From positions 65,516-129,515 of the forward strand of contig JAUIBF010000003.1 of assembly GCA_030428125.1 (NCBI GenBank): 64,000 nt of DNA. Direction: 5' to 3'. The translations under genes and the position numbers were made by a program. Source of the stretch: a bacterium. GTDB lineage: Bacteria; Patescibacteriota; Saccharimonadia; Saccharimonadales; SZUA-47. The notes beneath the pieces are model-generated. The model was not told the DNA's origin, searched no databases, and saw only the letters and a list, made by a program, of their open reading frames with translations. Below are positions 8,494-18,163 of the stretch, in pieces. Position 1 is the stretch's first letter; each line of letters opens with the position of its first letter.

Positions 8494-9636
8494 ATGAAAA
8501 ATTTACCACTCCAAGTGAAGTATTTATTCGTAGAATCATCTCTTACCGGCTTGATTGTATTTATGCCGGTTGCTTACCTATTGTTTGCGAATATTGGACT
8601 GAATCAATTTCAAATCGGGCTGCTGCAAGCAGCATTTATGGGTGCTCTATTAATCTTGGAGATCCCAACAGGTTATTTAGCCGATAGAATCAGTAGGAAA
8701 AAAGTTAATGCGTTAGGTGATTTAATGATTGCTTTCGCTGCATTGATATATTTCTTTGCCGGTAGTTTTGGCCAAGCACTAGTGGCTGAGATACTTTTTG
8801 GTCTGGGCCTGAGTTTAACTCACGGTGCTGACAGTGCTTTATTGAAAGCACATAGTGAAAAATCAGGTCTAAATTATACTCGGATTGCTTCAAGGCTAGA
8901 AAGCGTCAGATTTGTAGCTGCTGGTTTTGGGGCGATTGTCGGTGGCTTAATCGGTGCCTACAATATCAGGTGGCCATTCTTGCTTCAAGCAATTATTTTT
9001 GGAGTCGCTTTTTTGATTGCTTTACGGGTAAAAGACTTGGGCAAAAAAAGAGTATCAAAACATCACCCAATCAAGGATATTGGTAGGGTAGTAAAGTATT
9101 GTATCCACGGACATCCGAGATTGTTTTGGAGGATGTTCTTAGGAGGCGCTTTAATGACCTCTACCTATTTCATGGTTTGGTTTATGACTCCGACTTTCCT
9201 AAAGGCGAGTATAGATATTAGCTGGCACGGGATATTATTTGCTGCGATATCAGTAGTTGCAATTGCAGGAAGTGAATTTATAGCTCGTAATAAATCAATT
9301 AAAATGACAACTCCATTTCTAATTTCGGCTGGTGCATATTTTGTGCTGGGTTGGCAAATAAGCTTGTTCACAGTACTTATATTTCTTGCAACAAGCTTTG
9401 CACGCGGTATAAACACTGCTAGGGTTAAACCTTACATCCAAGAAATAGTTCCTGAAGATATTCAAGCTACCGCGGTGTCAGTTTACGGAATGATTTATCG
9501 CGTGATGACTATGACGTTAGGGTTATTCGTAAACTTTATGGGTAATAAAAACCTGCAGCTTGGTTTAATTACTGCAGGGATCATTTCAACAATATTTTGG
9601 TTGTTGTTTTATTTGGAACGAAAACGATGGGTTTAA
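8494..9636 (+). CDS. MFS transporter
   Basis: About 12 predicted TM helices and the MFS loop motif GYLADRISRKKV between TM2 and TM3. Confidence 0.75.
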   Translation: MKNLPLQVKYLFVESSLTGLIVFMPVAYLLFANIGLNQFQIGLLQAAFMGALLILEIPTGYLADRISRKKVNALGDLMIAFAALIYFFAGSFGQALVAEILFGLGLSLTHGADSALLKAHSEKSGLNYTRIASRLESVRFVAAGFGAIVGGLIGAYNIRWPFLLQAIIFGVAFLIALRVKDLGKKRVSKHHPIKDIGRVVKYCIHGHPRLFWRMFLGGALMTSTYFMVWFMTPTFLKASIDISWHGILFAAISVVAIAGSEFIARNKSIKMTTPFLISAGAYFVLGWQISLFTVLIFLATSFARGINTARVKPYIQEIVPEDIQATAVSVYGMIYRVMTMTLGLFVNFMGNKNLQLGLITAGIISTIFWLLFYLERKRWV

Positions 9637-9826
9637 ATATTTTAGTTTAAAAACGCTTCGTGATTTATAGCCTGTTTAATTCTTCTTAGTGGGGGCACTT
9701 TTTACCTTTTTAAATTTGTGTGTACTTATAGTTTAACATAACCACGATTTTTAAATTTCGTGATAGCTAAACATTAAGGTTTTAAACTTAGAAAAACTTG
9801 AGAGCGTGAAAATTACTAACCAAAAA

Positions 9827-10273
9827 CTAAGACTGGCTAAAGATTCTGGTCGGTTGGTTGTGTATGTCGGAATAATCAATATTAGCCAAGAATTCAGGCA
9901 GGATTTTATTGGATGTAGGATCAATAAACTCAATTTCGGATATTTCATCTTCTCCGTGTGAAGTCTTACTCAAGTCTATATTTAAATAATCATCAGCATT
10001 TAGGATATGGAAGAAAAATTCCAAGTGTTCTTTGTCTTTTTCTGGTTCTGTGAATTGCTGGATAAACAACAGACTGCCAACTACAGGTTTGACGGCAGTT
10101 TCTTCAATCATTTCTCTATTAATTGCATCCAGTAACGATTCGCGTTCGTCTACGCCACCACCAGGCAAACACCAATATTGTCCTCTGATTGCGCCTTCAT
10201 ATGCTTTTAGCTTTACACACAAAATCTTGCCGTCGTTAACTGCGATTCCTCGGACTGCTATTCTCCTTGTCAT
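9827..10273 (-). CDS. NUDIX hydrolase
   Basis: Nudix box: LPGGGVDERESLLDAINREMIEETAV. Confidence 0.85.
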   Translation of the reverse strand: MTRRIAVRGIAVNDGKILCVKLKAYEGAIRGQYWCLPGGGVDERESLLDAINREMIEETAVKPVVGSLLFIQQFTEPEKDKEHLEFFFHILNADDYLNIDLSKTSHGEDEISEIEFIDPTSNKILPEFLANIDYSDIHNQPTRIFSQS

Positions 10274-10302
10274 AGTTATAGTCTACATGTAACCTTAGAT
10301 AG

Positions 10303-10719
10303 ATGAGAATTTTTTATACCGACGGTAGTTGCAGTCCAAATCCCGGTCCGGGTGGGTTTGCGGTTATTGAGAACGGGCAACCCGTTGCACTTGGAGCTGA
10401 CAAAGATTCAACCAACATTCGTATGGAGGGCCTAGCATTAATTGCGGCTATAAAATATGCAGACGGGGAAGAGTGCACAATCCACACCGACAGTGAATTC
10501 TGGATAAATGTAATTACTAAATGGGCTTCGGGTTGGGAAGCAAAAGGCTGGAAAAAGTCTAAAGGTGAAATCAAAAACCTCGACATAGTTAAAGAAGCCT
10601 ACCAACTGTACAACGACGTTCCAGCTACATTGGTGTGGGTGAAGGCACATGTAGGGCATGATCAGAACGAGCTAGCTGACGAGTGGGCTAACAAAGCTCG
10701 CAAAGGTGCAACGCTTTAG
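10303..10719 (+). CDS. rnhA: ribonuclease HI
   Basis: DEDD residues in YTDGS, MEGLALI, TDSEF and NELADEWA; 138 aa. Confidence 0.88.
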   Translation: MRIFYTDGSCSPNPGPGGFAVIENGQPVALGADKDSTNIRMEGLALIAAIKYADGEECTIHTDSEFWINVITKWASGWEAKGWKKSKGEIKNLDIVKEAYQLYNDVPATLVWVKAHVGHDQNELADEWANKARKGATL

Positions 10720-10770
10720 TTATTGCTTGTGCTTTGGATTTAAACAGATTGAGAGTAATATCTATACATT

Positions 10771-12072
10771 ATGATGTTTAGACCACTCGGAGAAGGAGAA
10801 CCTGCAACTTTTGGTGATGCGTTGCAGCAAGGGCTTGCACCAGATGGGAGTCTCTATTTTCCAGAAACAATTCCAAAATTCCGTGAAGGGTTTCTGGATG
10901 ATTTAGAAGTTCTTGACAGACAAGAAGTTGGCATAGAAGTGCTGAGTCCTTGGCTCTGGGATGAGCTTACCGGAGAAGAAATACGAGGAATCGTAGATAC
11001 GGCGTCGACTTTCGAGACTCCAGTTGTGTCTGTTGGGGACAAAAAAGTGCTAGAACTTTTTCATGGTCCCACCCAGGCATTCAAAGACGTAGCTGCACGT
11101 TACCTCGCATCTCTGATGGGACATTACAATCAAGTCGATGAACGTGAGTCTACTGTGCTAGTTGCAACAAGTGGTGATACTGGGGGTGCTATTGCACATG
11201 GGTTTGGCGGAGTCGACGGTACTCGAGTAGTTGTTTTGTACCCGAAGGGTAAAGTTAGCGCTATGCAGCAAGAACAACTTCGGAGAACGGCACCGAATGT
11301 TCGCACCCTAGAGGTAGACGGAGTTTTTGATGATTGCCAAGATTTAGTTAAGCAGGCTATGGGGGATGAAGCTTTAACAGAGATAAATCCTACTTCAGCT
11401 AACTCAATTAGCATTGGTCGTCTTATACCTCAAATAACTTATTATGCTGATGCAATTCGTCAACTTCGCACGCAAGGAAACGAGGATGATTCACACAGGT
11501 TTGTAGTGCCGACCGGAAACCTGGGTAATTTAACTGCTGGTTTACTCGGATTCAGAATGGGTCTGCCTGTTGATGAATTTTTGGCCGCAAATAATGCAAA
11601 TAATGCTGTCGATAGGTATTTAAGAACAGGTAGATATTCGCCGTTACCTACTGTCGAAACACCTTCGAACGCTATGGATGTAGGAAAACCCAATAATTTC
11701 CCACGATTCTTGGAACTGTTCGGTGGTAGTGTAGTACGAGCGCGAAATCTTGTGAAGTCAACACTTGTAACCAAAGCTCAAACTGCCGGAACGATAATAA
11801 GCGTGTTTGAGGAGCAGGGATATTTGCTCGATCCACATACGGCAGTTGCTTGGCATGCTAGCGAAGAGATTACTCCATTCAACGTAGATTCTAGAGACGT
11901 TATTGTTTCTACTGCTTCACCTGCCAAGTTCGCCGAGGAAATTGAAAGATTGACAGGTATCGAGGTAGATAATACGGCAGAGATAGCTAAGTTACGTGAA
12001 AATCCCGAAGAATATGATGAACTACCAAACGACTATGGTGCTTTCAAAGGCTATCTATTAGGAATGAAATAG
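10771..12072 (+). CDS. thrC: threonine synthase
   Basis: PLP-lysine motif FHGPTQAFKDVA and the SGDTGGA glycine loop; 433 aa. Confidence 0.9.
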   Translation: MMFRPLGEGEPATFGDALQQGLAPDGSLYFPETIPKFREGFLDDLEVLDRQEVGIEVLSPWLWDELTGEEIRGIVDTASTFETPVVSVGDKKVLELFHGPTQAFKDVAARYLASLMGHYNQVDERESTVLVATSGDTGGAIAHGFGGVDGTRVVVLYPKGKVSAMQQEQLRRTAPNVRTLEVDGVFDDCQDLVKQAMGDEALTEINPTSANSISIGRLIPQITYYADAIRQLRTQGNEDDSHRFVVPTGNLGNLTAGLLGFRMGLPVDEFLAANNANNAVDRYLRTGRYSPLPTVETPSNAMDVGKPNNFPRFLELFGGSVVRARNLVKSTLVTKAQTAGTIISVFEEQGYLLDPHTAVAWHASEEITPFNVDSRDVIVSTASPAKFAEEIERLTGIEVDNTAEIAKLRENPEEYDELPNDYGAFKGYLLGMK

Positions 12073-12131
12073 TCGAAGATACTTCTAAAACTAGGTGCAA
12101 AACTTTAGAGATTTAAATAAAATAGATTTTA

Positions 12132-12707
12132 ATGAAAGAAGTTTTTACTGCAATTGGTATTGTGATTACGTTCATAAGTTATGTTCCGTACTTTAGAGAT
12201 ATATTCTCAGGAAAAACAAAACCACACGCATTCACCTGGTTGATCTGGGCAACCTTAACAGGGATTGCATTTTTTGCCCAGCTGATTGATGGTGGGGGTG
12301 TCGGCTCAATAGTGCTTGGGCTGACTGCGCTTATTTCAGTATTCATTTTCGTAGCTTCGTTAAAAGTTGGCCGTAAGAATATTGAGTCAGTTGATTGGTA
12401 TTTTTTAGCCGGTTCAATAGTGGCAATAGGTTTGTGGTTTGTTACAGACGATCCGCTGCTATCCGTGATATTAGTAACCATAATAGACGCAGTTGCATTC
12501 GCGCCCACATTTAGAAAGGCCTGGAAAGATCCAGGCTCAGAAACCACCATAACTTTTGCATTATCTGCTGTTAAGTTTGTTTTCGCTATTTTAGGACTTG
12601 AAACGTATACTGTCGTAACCGTTCTATACCCTCTGTCGTTAGTGCTGGCAAACAGTTTATTTGTTGCTATGTTAATCTATCGCAAGAGAACCTTAGGTCA
12701 AGCGTAA
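12132..12707 (+). CDS. hypothetical polytopic membrane protein
   Basis: Six hydrophobic segments; no family recognised. Confidence 0.5.
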   Translation: MKEVFTAIGIVITFISYVPYFRDIFSGKTKPHAFTWLIWATLTGIAFFAQLIDGGGVGSIVLGLTALISVFIFVASLKVGRKNIESVDWYFLAGSIVAIGLWFVTDDPLLSVILVTIIDAVAFAPTFRKAWKDPGSETTITFALSAVKFVFAILGLETYTVVTVLYPLSLVLANSLFVAMLIYRKRTLGQA

Positions 12708-12790
12708 GTTCCTAGTTTTGTGATATTTAACACGTAAATTGTTAGAGTTATATTACTTAAAATAAAACAAAGTTTCTATACCATTAGCCC

Positions 12791-12892
12791 ATGGAAAAGG
12801 CTAAATGGGAGATTCCAAAGATTGCTGTAATGGCTATCGGTACTGTGGTAATCACAGCGATATTGGTAGTTTTTGCAGAGATATCTACTTAG
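12791..12892 (+). CDS. possible 33-aa single-pass membrane peptide
   Basis: The ATG ORF encodes MEKAKWEIPKIAVMAIGTVVITAILVVFAEIST, with one clear TM helix. There is no Shine-Dalgarno. It lies in a 268-nt gap upstream of the NYN gene. Confidence 0.25.
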   Translation: MEKAKWEIPKIAVMAIGTVVITAILVVFAEIST

Positions 12893-12975
12893 AAAAACCT
12901 GCTAAGCGGCAAGTAGGGTAGAGGTTTCTTCGATTTGTCTTAAAACAAACACAAGTTAACTGATATCATTAGTGT

Positions 12976-13581
12976 ATGAGCCAGAAACAAAAAAGGTTCC
13001 CATTTCGTAGAAGGCGACAGAATAAGGTCGTTAAACCAAACTATGCATTTATAGATTCGCAGAATTTAAACCTTGGTGTGCAGCGAGTTGGTTGGAAAAT
13101 GGACTGGAAGAAATTTCGCCAGTACCTGAAAGACAAATACAACGTCGAAAAAGCATTTATGTTTATTGGCTATGTGCCAGAAAACGAAAATCTGTATAAA
13201 CAGATGCAAGAAGCAGGGTACTTGGTAGTGTTGAAGCCAACTGTAGATATGTACATGACTAAGGAAGAGCTAGCTGATGAGAAACATGTCACCAAAGGAA
13301 ACGCAGATGCTGAATTGGTTTTACATGCTATGAAAGAATTAAATAACTACGATAAAGCAGTTGTTGTATCTGGAGATGGTGACTTTTTCTGCCTGGTTGA
13401 GTATTTAGATCAAATAAATAAGCTTCATAGCTTGCTAGCGCCCAATGATCATTATTCTTCACTTTATTCACCTTACGCAGAAAAGGTAATGGTGTTAGAC
13501 AGTCTAAAAAGACAATTAGCATACGAATTCATAAAACGCAGAACTAGAAAACGAGGCGCAAAAAAACAAAGCAAAAAATAA
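12976..13581 (+). CDS. NYN-domain (LabA-like) putative RNase
   Basis: YAFIDSQNL...GNADAELVLHAM...VVVSGDGDF acidic motifs of the NYN/PIN-like fold, with basic N- and C-terminal tails. Confidence 0.8.
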   Translation: MSQKQKRFPFRRRRQNKVVKPNYAFIDSQNLNLGVQRVGWKMDWKKFRQYLKDKYNVEKAFMFIGYVPENENLYKQMQEAGYLVVLKPTVDMYMTKEELADEKHVTKGNADAELVLHAMKELNNYDKAVVVSGDGDFFCLVEYLDQINKLHSLLAPNDHYSSLYSPYAEKVMVLDSLKRQLAYEFIKRRTRKRGAKKQSKK

Positions 13582-13626
13582 AAACTTCGGGTATTATGTA
13601 AGCATAAAATCGGAGGGGAATGTGTC

Positions 13627-14046
13627 ATGGAAATCGGCGTTAACTGGGCAGCTGTAGGGCTAGCGACTGTATCTAGCTTTTTAGTGGGGTTTATCTGGTA
13701 TGCAAAACCAGTATTCGGTGGTGCGTGGATGAAACTGACAGGACTAACAGAAAAACAATTAAAAGAAGGTCCGGGTGGCAGGGCATGGGTTATTACAACT
13801 GTCGCTGCTTTTCTAGAGGCTTATGTTTTGTATCACGTGACGTATCTATCAGATTATTTTTATACTGATGCAAGTTGGCTTCAGTCGGCGCTAACTTCAG
13901 CAATATTTATGTGGTTAGGTTTTCAGTTAAGCATGATTTTCACGCATGATTCCTTTGAGCAAAGACGCATTAAACTGTCTTTAATCAATGCAGGGCATCA
14001 GCTTACAACCTTACTAGTCATGGGTCTAATAATTGGTTTAATGTAG
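13627..14046 (+). CDS. DUF1761-family membrane protein
   Basis: N-terminal NWAAVGLATVSSFLVGFIWYAKPVFGGAWMKL is typical of the family; four TM helices. Confidence 0.65.
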   Translation: MEIGVNWAAVGLATVSSFLVGFIWYAKPVFGGAWMKLTGLTEKQLKEGPGGRAWVITTVAAFLEAYVLYHVTYLSDYFYTDASWLQSALTSAIFMWLGFQLSMIFTHDSFEQRRIKLSLINAGHQLTTLLVMGLIIGLM

Positions 14047-14071
14047 CAATTACAACGAACATAACACCTGT

Positions 14072-14108
14072 AAAGCTCCGTTAGGATTTGCGGAGCTTTT
14101 TTTATTTT
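14072..14108 (+). terminator. rho-independent terminator
   Basis: Stem AAAGCTCCG (14072-14080) pairs with CGGAGCTTT (14091-14099). It runs into a T7 tract at 14097-14103. Confidence 0.65.
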
Positions 14109-14149
14109 AATGAGCATAAGTAAATACTACTTTTTAGAATTTTTAGAGC

Positions 14150-14701
14150 ATGTGTTTAATAAGCTTTACTATGAAAATATTTACACCAGAAAGCCTAGAA
14201 GGTTTTCAGCTAAATCGCTATACACAATATCAAGAACTTGCAGATGAACGCATAGATGCTCAGTTGATTGAGTTATCCAAACAGCCACATATTCTTGAGT
14301 TCGAACATGAAGATTCTAAATATAGAGGACGTTTCGCTAGACAAAAAAATATATCCGAGTGGATGGCGTCAGGACGGATAGTTTATGCATTAACTGAAGG
14401 TAGAGACCTAAAAGGGATTTCATGGTTTAGGATTAGCCAGCCAGAGGAGTTTAGTAGTGGTTATCAACTAACCTTTGGCATTAGGCTCTACGAGGGAGCT
14501 GTCGGTCGTGGTTTTTGTATGCCATTCATGAGAGAGGTCCACACTGACATGGCTCAGTTTGGGCAGGGCTGTGGTATTTGGCTTTCTGCAAAACAAGATA
14601 ATTTTAGGGCAATTGATAAGTACGAGCAGTTCGGATATCAATATCACCACCGAGAAAAAGGACTAGTTTATATGGTTAATGATGATGCTCTAGTGATATG
14701 A
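14150..14701 (+). CDS. possible GNAT-family acetyltransferase
   Basis: YEGAVGRGF resembles GNAT motif A (R/Q-x-x-G-x-G/A), and there is a C-terminal N..A...YEQFGY. The start is more likely the ATG at 14171. Confidence 0.4.
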   Translation: MCLISFTMKIFTPESLEGFQLNRYTQYQELADERIDAQLIELSKQPHILEFEHEDSKYRGRFARQKNISEWMASGRIVYALTEGRDLKGISWFRISQPEEFSSGYQLTFGIRLYEGAVGRGFCMPFMREVHTDMAQFGQGCGIWLSAKQDNFRAIDKYEQFGYQYHHREKGLVYMVNDDALVI

Positions 14702-15702
14702 TTATTGCAATGAATGAACAGCCTAACATTGTTGTACTAGGTGGTGGAACTGGTAGTTTTACGCTTCTAAGTGGACTGAAGCGCTACACCAGTAACTTAA
14801 CTGCATTGGTTAATATGTCTGATGACGGTGGATCGACAGGGGTTTTACGGGATGAATTGGGAGTTTTGCCTCCAGGTGATGTTAGACAATGCCTGGTTGC
14901 GCTTAGCGAAACTGACCACGTCCGGGACCTATTCACTTATAGATTCGATGAAGGCAGTTTAGATGGCCATAGTTTCGGGAATTTGTTCATTAGCGCTGTC
15001 GAAAAAATGACGGACAGTTTCGAAAAAGCAATTGAAGTCGCCAGTGAAGTATTAAGGACCAAGGGCAGGGTTATACCCATAACCTTGCAAGATTCAAAAC
15101 TGATTGTAGAAACAAAAAGTGGACTCCGTATTGAGGGCGAACATAAGATTGGCCATATGAAAATTGAAGATCAACGCCCAAAAGTGTTTTTTGATAAAGC
15201 AACCTCGGTAAATTCTGAAGCAAAAAGGGCAATCATGAATGCCGATGTGGTTGTAATCGCGCCTGGAAATTTATATGGATCGCTTGCGCCAGCATTAATC
15301 GTCGACGGTGTGGGTGATGCGTTAGCTAAAACTAAAGCCAAAGTCGTGCAGATTGTAAATCTTGTAACCAAACCTGGGCAGACTGACGGGTTTACAGTCA
15401 GTGATTACGTGGATGAGATAGAGCGTTTTTGTGGTAAAACGGGAATAGTTGATTACGCTGTTTTTAACACGGATGAGCCGACTAAAACTATGCTAGATAA
15501 GTACGTAGCAGACGGCGAGTTAATGATCGAGTTTGACCTTGAAGATTTAGACACTAAGCTGTATAACGCAGTCGGCTTGCCGCTAATTGATAAATCGCCA
15601 ATAGTTGTAGACCCGAAGGACAAAATTGCCCACAGGAGGACATTCATTAGGCACGATAGTGATTTAACTGCTAGAGAAATCATGAAAATCTACTTTTCGT
15701 AA
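14698..15702 (+). CDS. yvcK: YvcK / CofD-like gluconeogenesis-factor family protein
   Basis: VVLGGGTGSFTLLSGLK and NMSDDGGSTGVLRDELGVLPPGDVRQC motifs. Confidence 0.85.
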   Translation: MIIAMNEQPNIVVLGGGTGSFTLLSGLKRYTSNLTALVNMSDDGGSTGVLRDELGVLPPGDVRQCLVALSETDHVRDLFTYRFDEGSLDGHSFGNLFISAVEKMTDSFEKAIEVASEVLRTKGRVIPITLQDSKLIVETKSGLRIEGEHKIGHMKIEDQRPKVFFDKATSVNSEAKRAIMNADVVVIAPGNLYGSLAPALIVDGVGDALAKTKAKVVQIVNLVTKPGQTDGFTVSDYVDEIERFCGKTGIVDYAVFNTDEPTKTMLDKYVADGELMIEFDLEDLDTKLYNAVGLPLIDKSPIVVDPKDKIAHRRTFIRHDSDLTAREIMKIYFS

Positions 15703-15724
15703 TGCTAATGTACAATGTAAGTAA

Positions 15725-17017
15725 ATGAAAAAAGAAAAACCACTATTTCCAAAAGATTTCCTCTGGGGGGCTTCAACAGCATCACATCAAGTAGAAGGTA
15801 ATACATTTAATCAGTGGACGGTCTGGGAACTAGAAAACGCTGCGCGTTTGGCTAAAAACGCCACCAAGCATAATAGTTGGATGCCAAAATGGGATAAGGT
15901 CAAAAAGCAAGCCGAAAAGCCGGAGAACTATATATCGGGTAAGGGCATAGAGCACTACACAAGATATAAAGAGGATTTTAAGCTAGCCAAGAAACTTAAC
16001 CTAAACTCCTTTAGGTTTGGCATAGAGTGGTCTAGGGTTGAGCCAGAAGAAGGACAGTGGGATGACGAGGCGTGGGAGCATTATCGTCAGTACATTGCTG
16101 AACTTAAAAAACTAGAAATCGAACCAATATTAAACATTTTTCATTGGACAATGCCGGTCTGGTTTACGGATAAAGGTGCTTTCGAAAAACGCAAAAATAT
16201 CAAGTATTTTAAACGATTTGTTGAGAAGCTTTGCGAGGAATTGCCGGTTAAAGATCTCAAGTACATTCTGACCCTAAACGAGCCAAATGTATATGCAAGT
16301 TTTGGCTATGCAACAGGCGAATGGCCTCCTGGAGATAAAAAAATACTTAAGTTTTTCAGGGTATATTACAACTTAACCAGAGCACACAAAGCCGTATACC
16401 CTGTGCTAAAAAGTGCAAATCCCAAATTAAAAGTAGGACTTGCTAGCCAGTTTGCGAATATTCAAGCAAAAAGACCAAGGAATCCTATGGACTCTGCTGC
16501 GACCTGGTGGATGCGCTATTTCTGGAACTGGTGGTTCTATAACAGAGTTAGAAACTACATGGATTTTTGTGGTTTTAACTACTATTTTACGGATTACTAT
16601 AGGTTTGGCGACTATAAACATATAAAGAATCATGAGTTATTCCACCGAGCAAATCCTAATGAACCTAAAAACGATCTGGGCTGGTATATGGAACCGGAAG
16701 GATTGCACGCAATTATAGTAAGGGCCTGGGCTCATTATAAAAAACCCATTCTGATTACCGAGAATGGACTTGCCGACATGGACGATGAGCATCGGCGATG
16801 GTGGATTGAAGAAACTATTGTCGCTATGGAACGTGCGCTGTCAGAAGACATAGAAATGATAGGCTATTTACATTGGAGCTTGATGGATAATTTTGAATGG
16901 GCATATGGCTGGTGGCCAAAATTCGGGCTTATTGAGGTAGACATGAAAACTATGGAGCGAAAGATTCGCCCCAGTGCTGAATACTTCGCTAAAACCATAA
17001 AAGATCTGTCTAACTAA
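15725..17017 (+). CDS. glycoside hydrolase family 1 beta-glucosidase
   Basis: FLWGASTASHQVEGN, acid/base TLNEPN and nucleophile ITENG; 430 aa. Confidence 0.9.
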   Translation: MKKEKPLFPKDFLWGASTASHQVEGNTFNQWTVWELENAARLAKNATKHNSWMPKWDKVKKQAEKPENYISGKGIEHYTRYKEDFKLAKKLNLNSFRFGIEWSRVEPEEGQWDDEAWEHYRQYIAELKKLEIEPILNIFHWTMPVWFTDKGAFEKRKNIKYFKRFVEKLCEELPVKDLKYILTLNEPNVYASFGYATGEWPPGDKKILKFFRVYYNLTRAHKAVYPVLKSANPKLKVGLASQFANIQAKRPRNPMDSAATWWMRYFWNWWFYNRVRNYMDFCGFNYYFTDYYRFGDYKHIKNHELFHRANPNEPKNDLGWYMEPEGLHAIIVRAWAHYKKPILITENGLADMDDEHRRWWIEETIVAMERALSEDIEMIGYLHWSLMDNFEWAYGWWPKFGLIEVDMKTMERKIRPSAEYFAKTIKDLSN

Positions 17018-17027
17018 AGCCACATTA

Positions 17028-17056
17028 TTGACAAAACGCTAAAGCTTTGGTATAAT
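17028..17056 (+). promoter_or_regulatory. near-consensus promoter (TTGACA-N17-TATAAT)
   Basis: TTGACA at 17028-17033 and TATAAT at 17051-17056. Its spacer shares ACAAAACGCTAA with the 5901 promoter. Confidence 0.55.
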
Positions 17057-17545
17057 GTGAGTGTTATGTCATTAAGATCAAAACTAAACCCTAAAGGCAG
17101 CAATATCGATGAGCGTCTAGAGACAGCTCGTTTAGAGCATGGCATGTCAACTGAAGTATCAAAGGATGATAGATTAGCAAGGGCTAAAGGTGCAGCTGTA
17201 GTTGCGCTACTTTCAGCAGGCTCTCTTGTAGCAAGTAATGCAGTAAGAAGTGCCGAGGATGGGCCGCGGATGCCTGAACCAACTTCGACAACTGAAGTTG
17301 TGGCGCAGCCTGGGGATGATGTTTGGAGCTTACAGAGGGCAGAGGCCACAGGTTCGGGTGTGCATCCTGACACTGATATCCGAGAAGAGATAGACCAAGC
17401 AGTTGAGTTAAACGGAGGTCCTACCGTCCAGACCGGTGAACGTGTTACATTGGTCGAGTTTCCTAATCAGCCAGGTTCACCTCAAGCGATAGCAGAGCAA
17501 CAGCCTCCTGTTACTCCAGTTCCTACTCAAGATTCTAATAAATAG
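17057..17545 (+). CDS. membrane-anchored protein with a LysM-like segment and a Pro-rich tail
   Basis: TM helix AAVVALLSAGSLVASNAV, followed by VVAQPGDDVWSLQRAE...VQTGERVTLVEFP, which is LysM-like. The GTG at 17057 abuts the -10 box, so the real start is more likely the ATG at 17066. Confidence 0.5.
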   Translation: MSVMSLRSKLNPKGSNIDERLETARLEHGMSTEVSKDDRLARAKGAAVVALLSAGSLVASNAVRSAEDGPRMPEPTSTTEVVAQPGDDVWSLQRAEATGSGVHPDTDIREEIDQAVELNGGPTVQTGERVTLVEFPNQPGSPQAIAEQQPPVTPVPTQDSNK

Positions 17546-17560
17546 TAATAATTATCACAC

Positions 17561-17599
17561 TATCTTAAAATCACTGCCTAGCGCAGTGATTTTAAGATA
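17561..17599 (+). terminator. 17-bp perfect hairpin (terminator candidate)
   Basis: TATCTTAAAATCACTGC, loop CTAGC, then GCAGTGATTTTAAGATA, 16 nt after the stop codon. Confidence 0.55.
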
Positions 17600-17686
17600 G
17601 TACACCACATGTTGTGTAATCAGCAAAAAGCTTATGTAAATTGTGGAAAACCCGGAAAAAACAGCTAGTTTTATCTAAAAAAGGGG

Positions 17687-17737
17687 TTGCTGTGGGTTTA
17701 TGTGGGTAGTATATTGTTGGCAGTGGGTAAAAGTGGT
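17687..17737 (+). promoter_or_regulatory. putative mraZ promoter overlapped by phased GTGGG (MraZ-box-like) repeats
   Basis: GTGGG at 17692, 17702 and 17723, and GTGGT at 17733 (spacings 10, 21 and 10 nt). Candidate -35 is TTGCTG (17687-17692) and candidate -10 is TATATT (17710-17715), with a 17-nt spacer. Confidence 0.5.
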
Positions 17738-17803
17738 TATCAAAAATAATAACCGCGCCAAAACAAAAACCACTGCAAATTAAAAACAATTAAACAGGGA
17801 CCA

Positions 17804-18163
17804 ATGGGAAAAGTAGACTACTTCGAGCGTAAGCTAGACGATAAACGTCGTTTAACCATTCCGACGGAAGTCCGGGATGAGCTCTCTAAAGGCGTCGTAA
17901 TTACCAAAGGTTTCCAAAACTATCTACACCTATACCCAAAAGAAGTGTGGGAAGAGATAGTTGAGCCAAAGCTCGATGGAGATATCCTCGATGAGCGAAT
18001 CGCTGATTTAAACGTTCAATTCCGAATGGGCAAGTCAGAGGTTGAGCTAGATGGCAAGCAAGGCAGAGTGACTTTAGATAGTCATCACCTGGCGTTTGCT
18101 GGCATAGATCGAGATGTTGTGGCCATCAGAGTAGGTAGGTATTGGCGATTACAAGCCAAATAG
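17804..18163 (+). CDS. mraZ: transcriptional regulator MraZ (short form, 119 aa)
   Basis: Two SpoVT/AbrB-like halves carry KLDDKRRLTIP and ELDGKQGRVTL. It is the first gene of the dcw cluster. Confidence 0.8.
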   Translation: MGKVDYFERKLDDKRRLTIPTEVRDELSKGVVITKGFQNYLHLYPKEVWEEIVEPKLDGDILDERIADLNVQFRMGKSEVELDGKQGRVTLDSHHLAFAGIDRDVVAIRVGRYWRLQAK

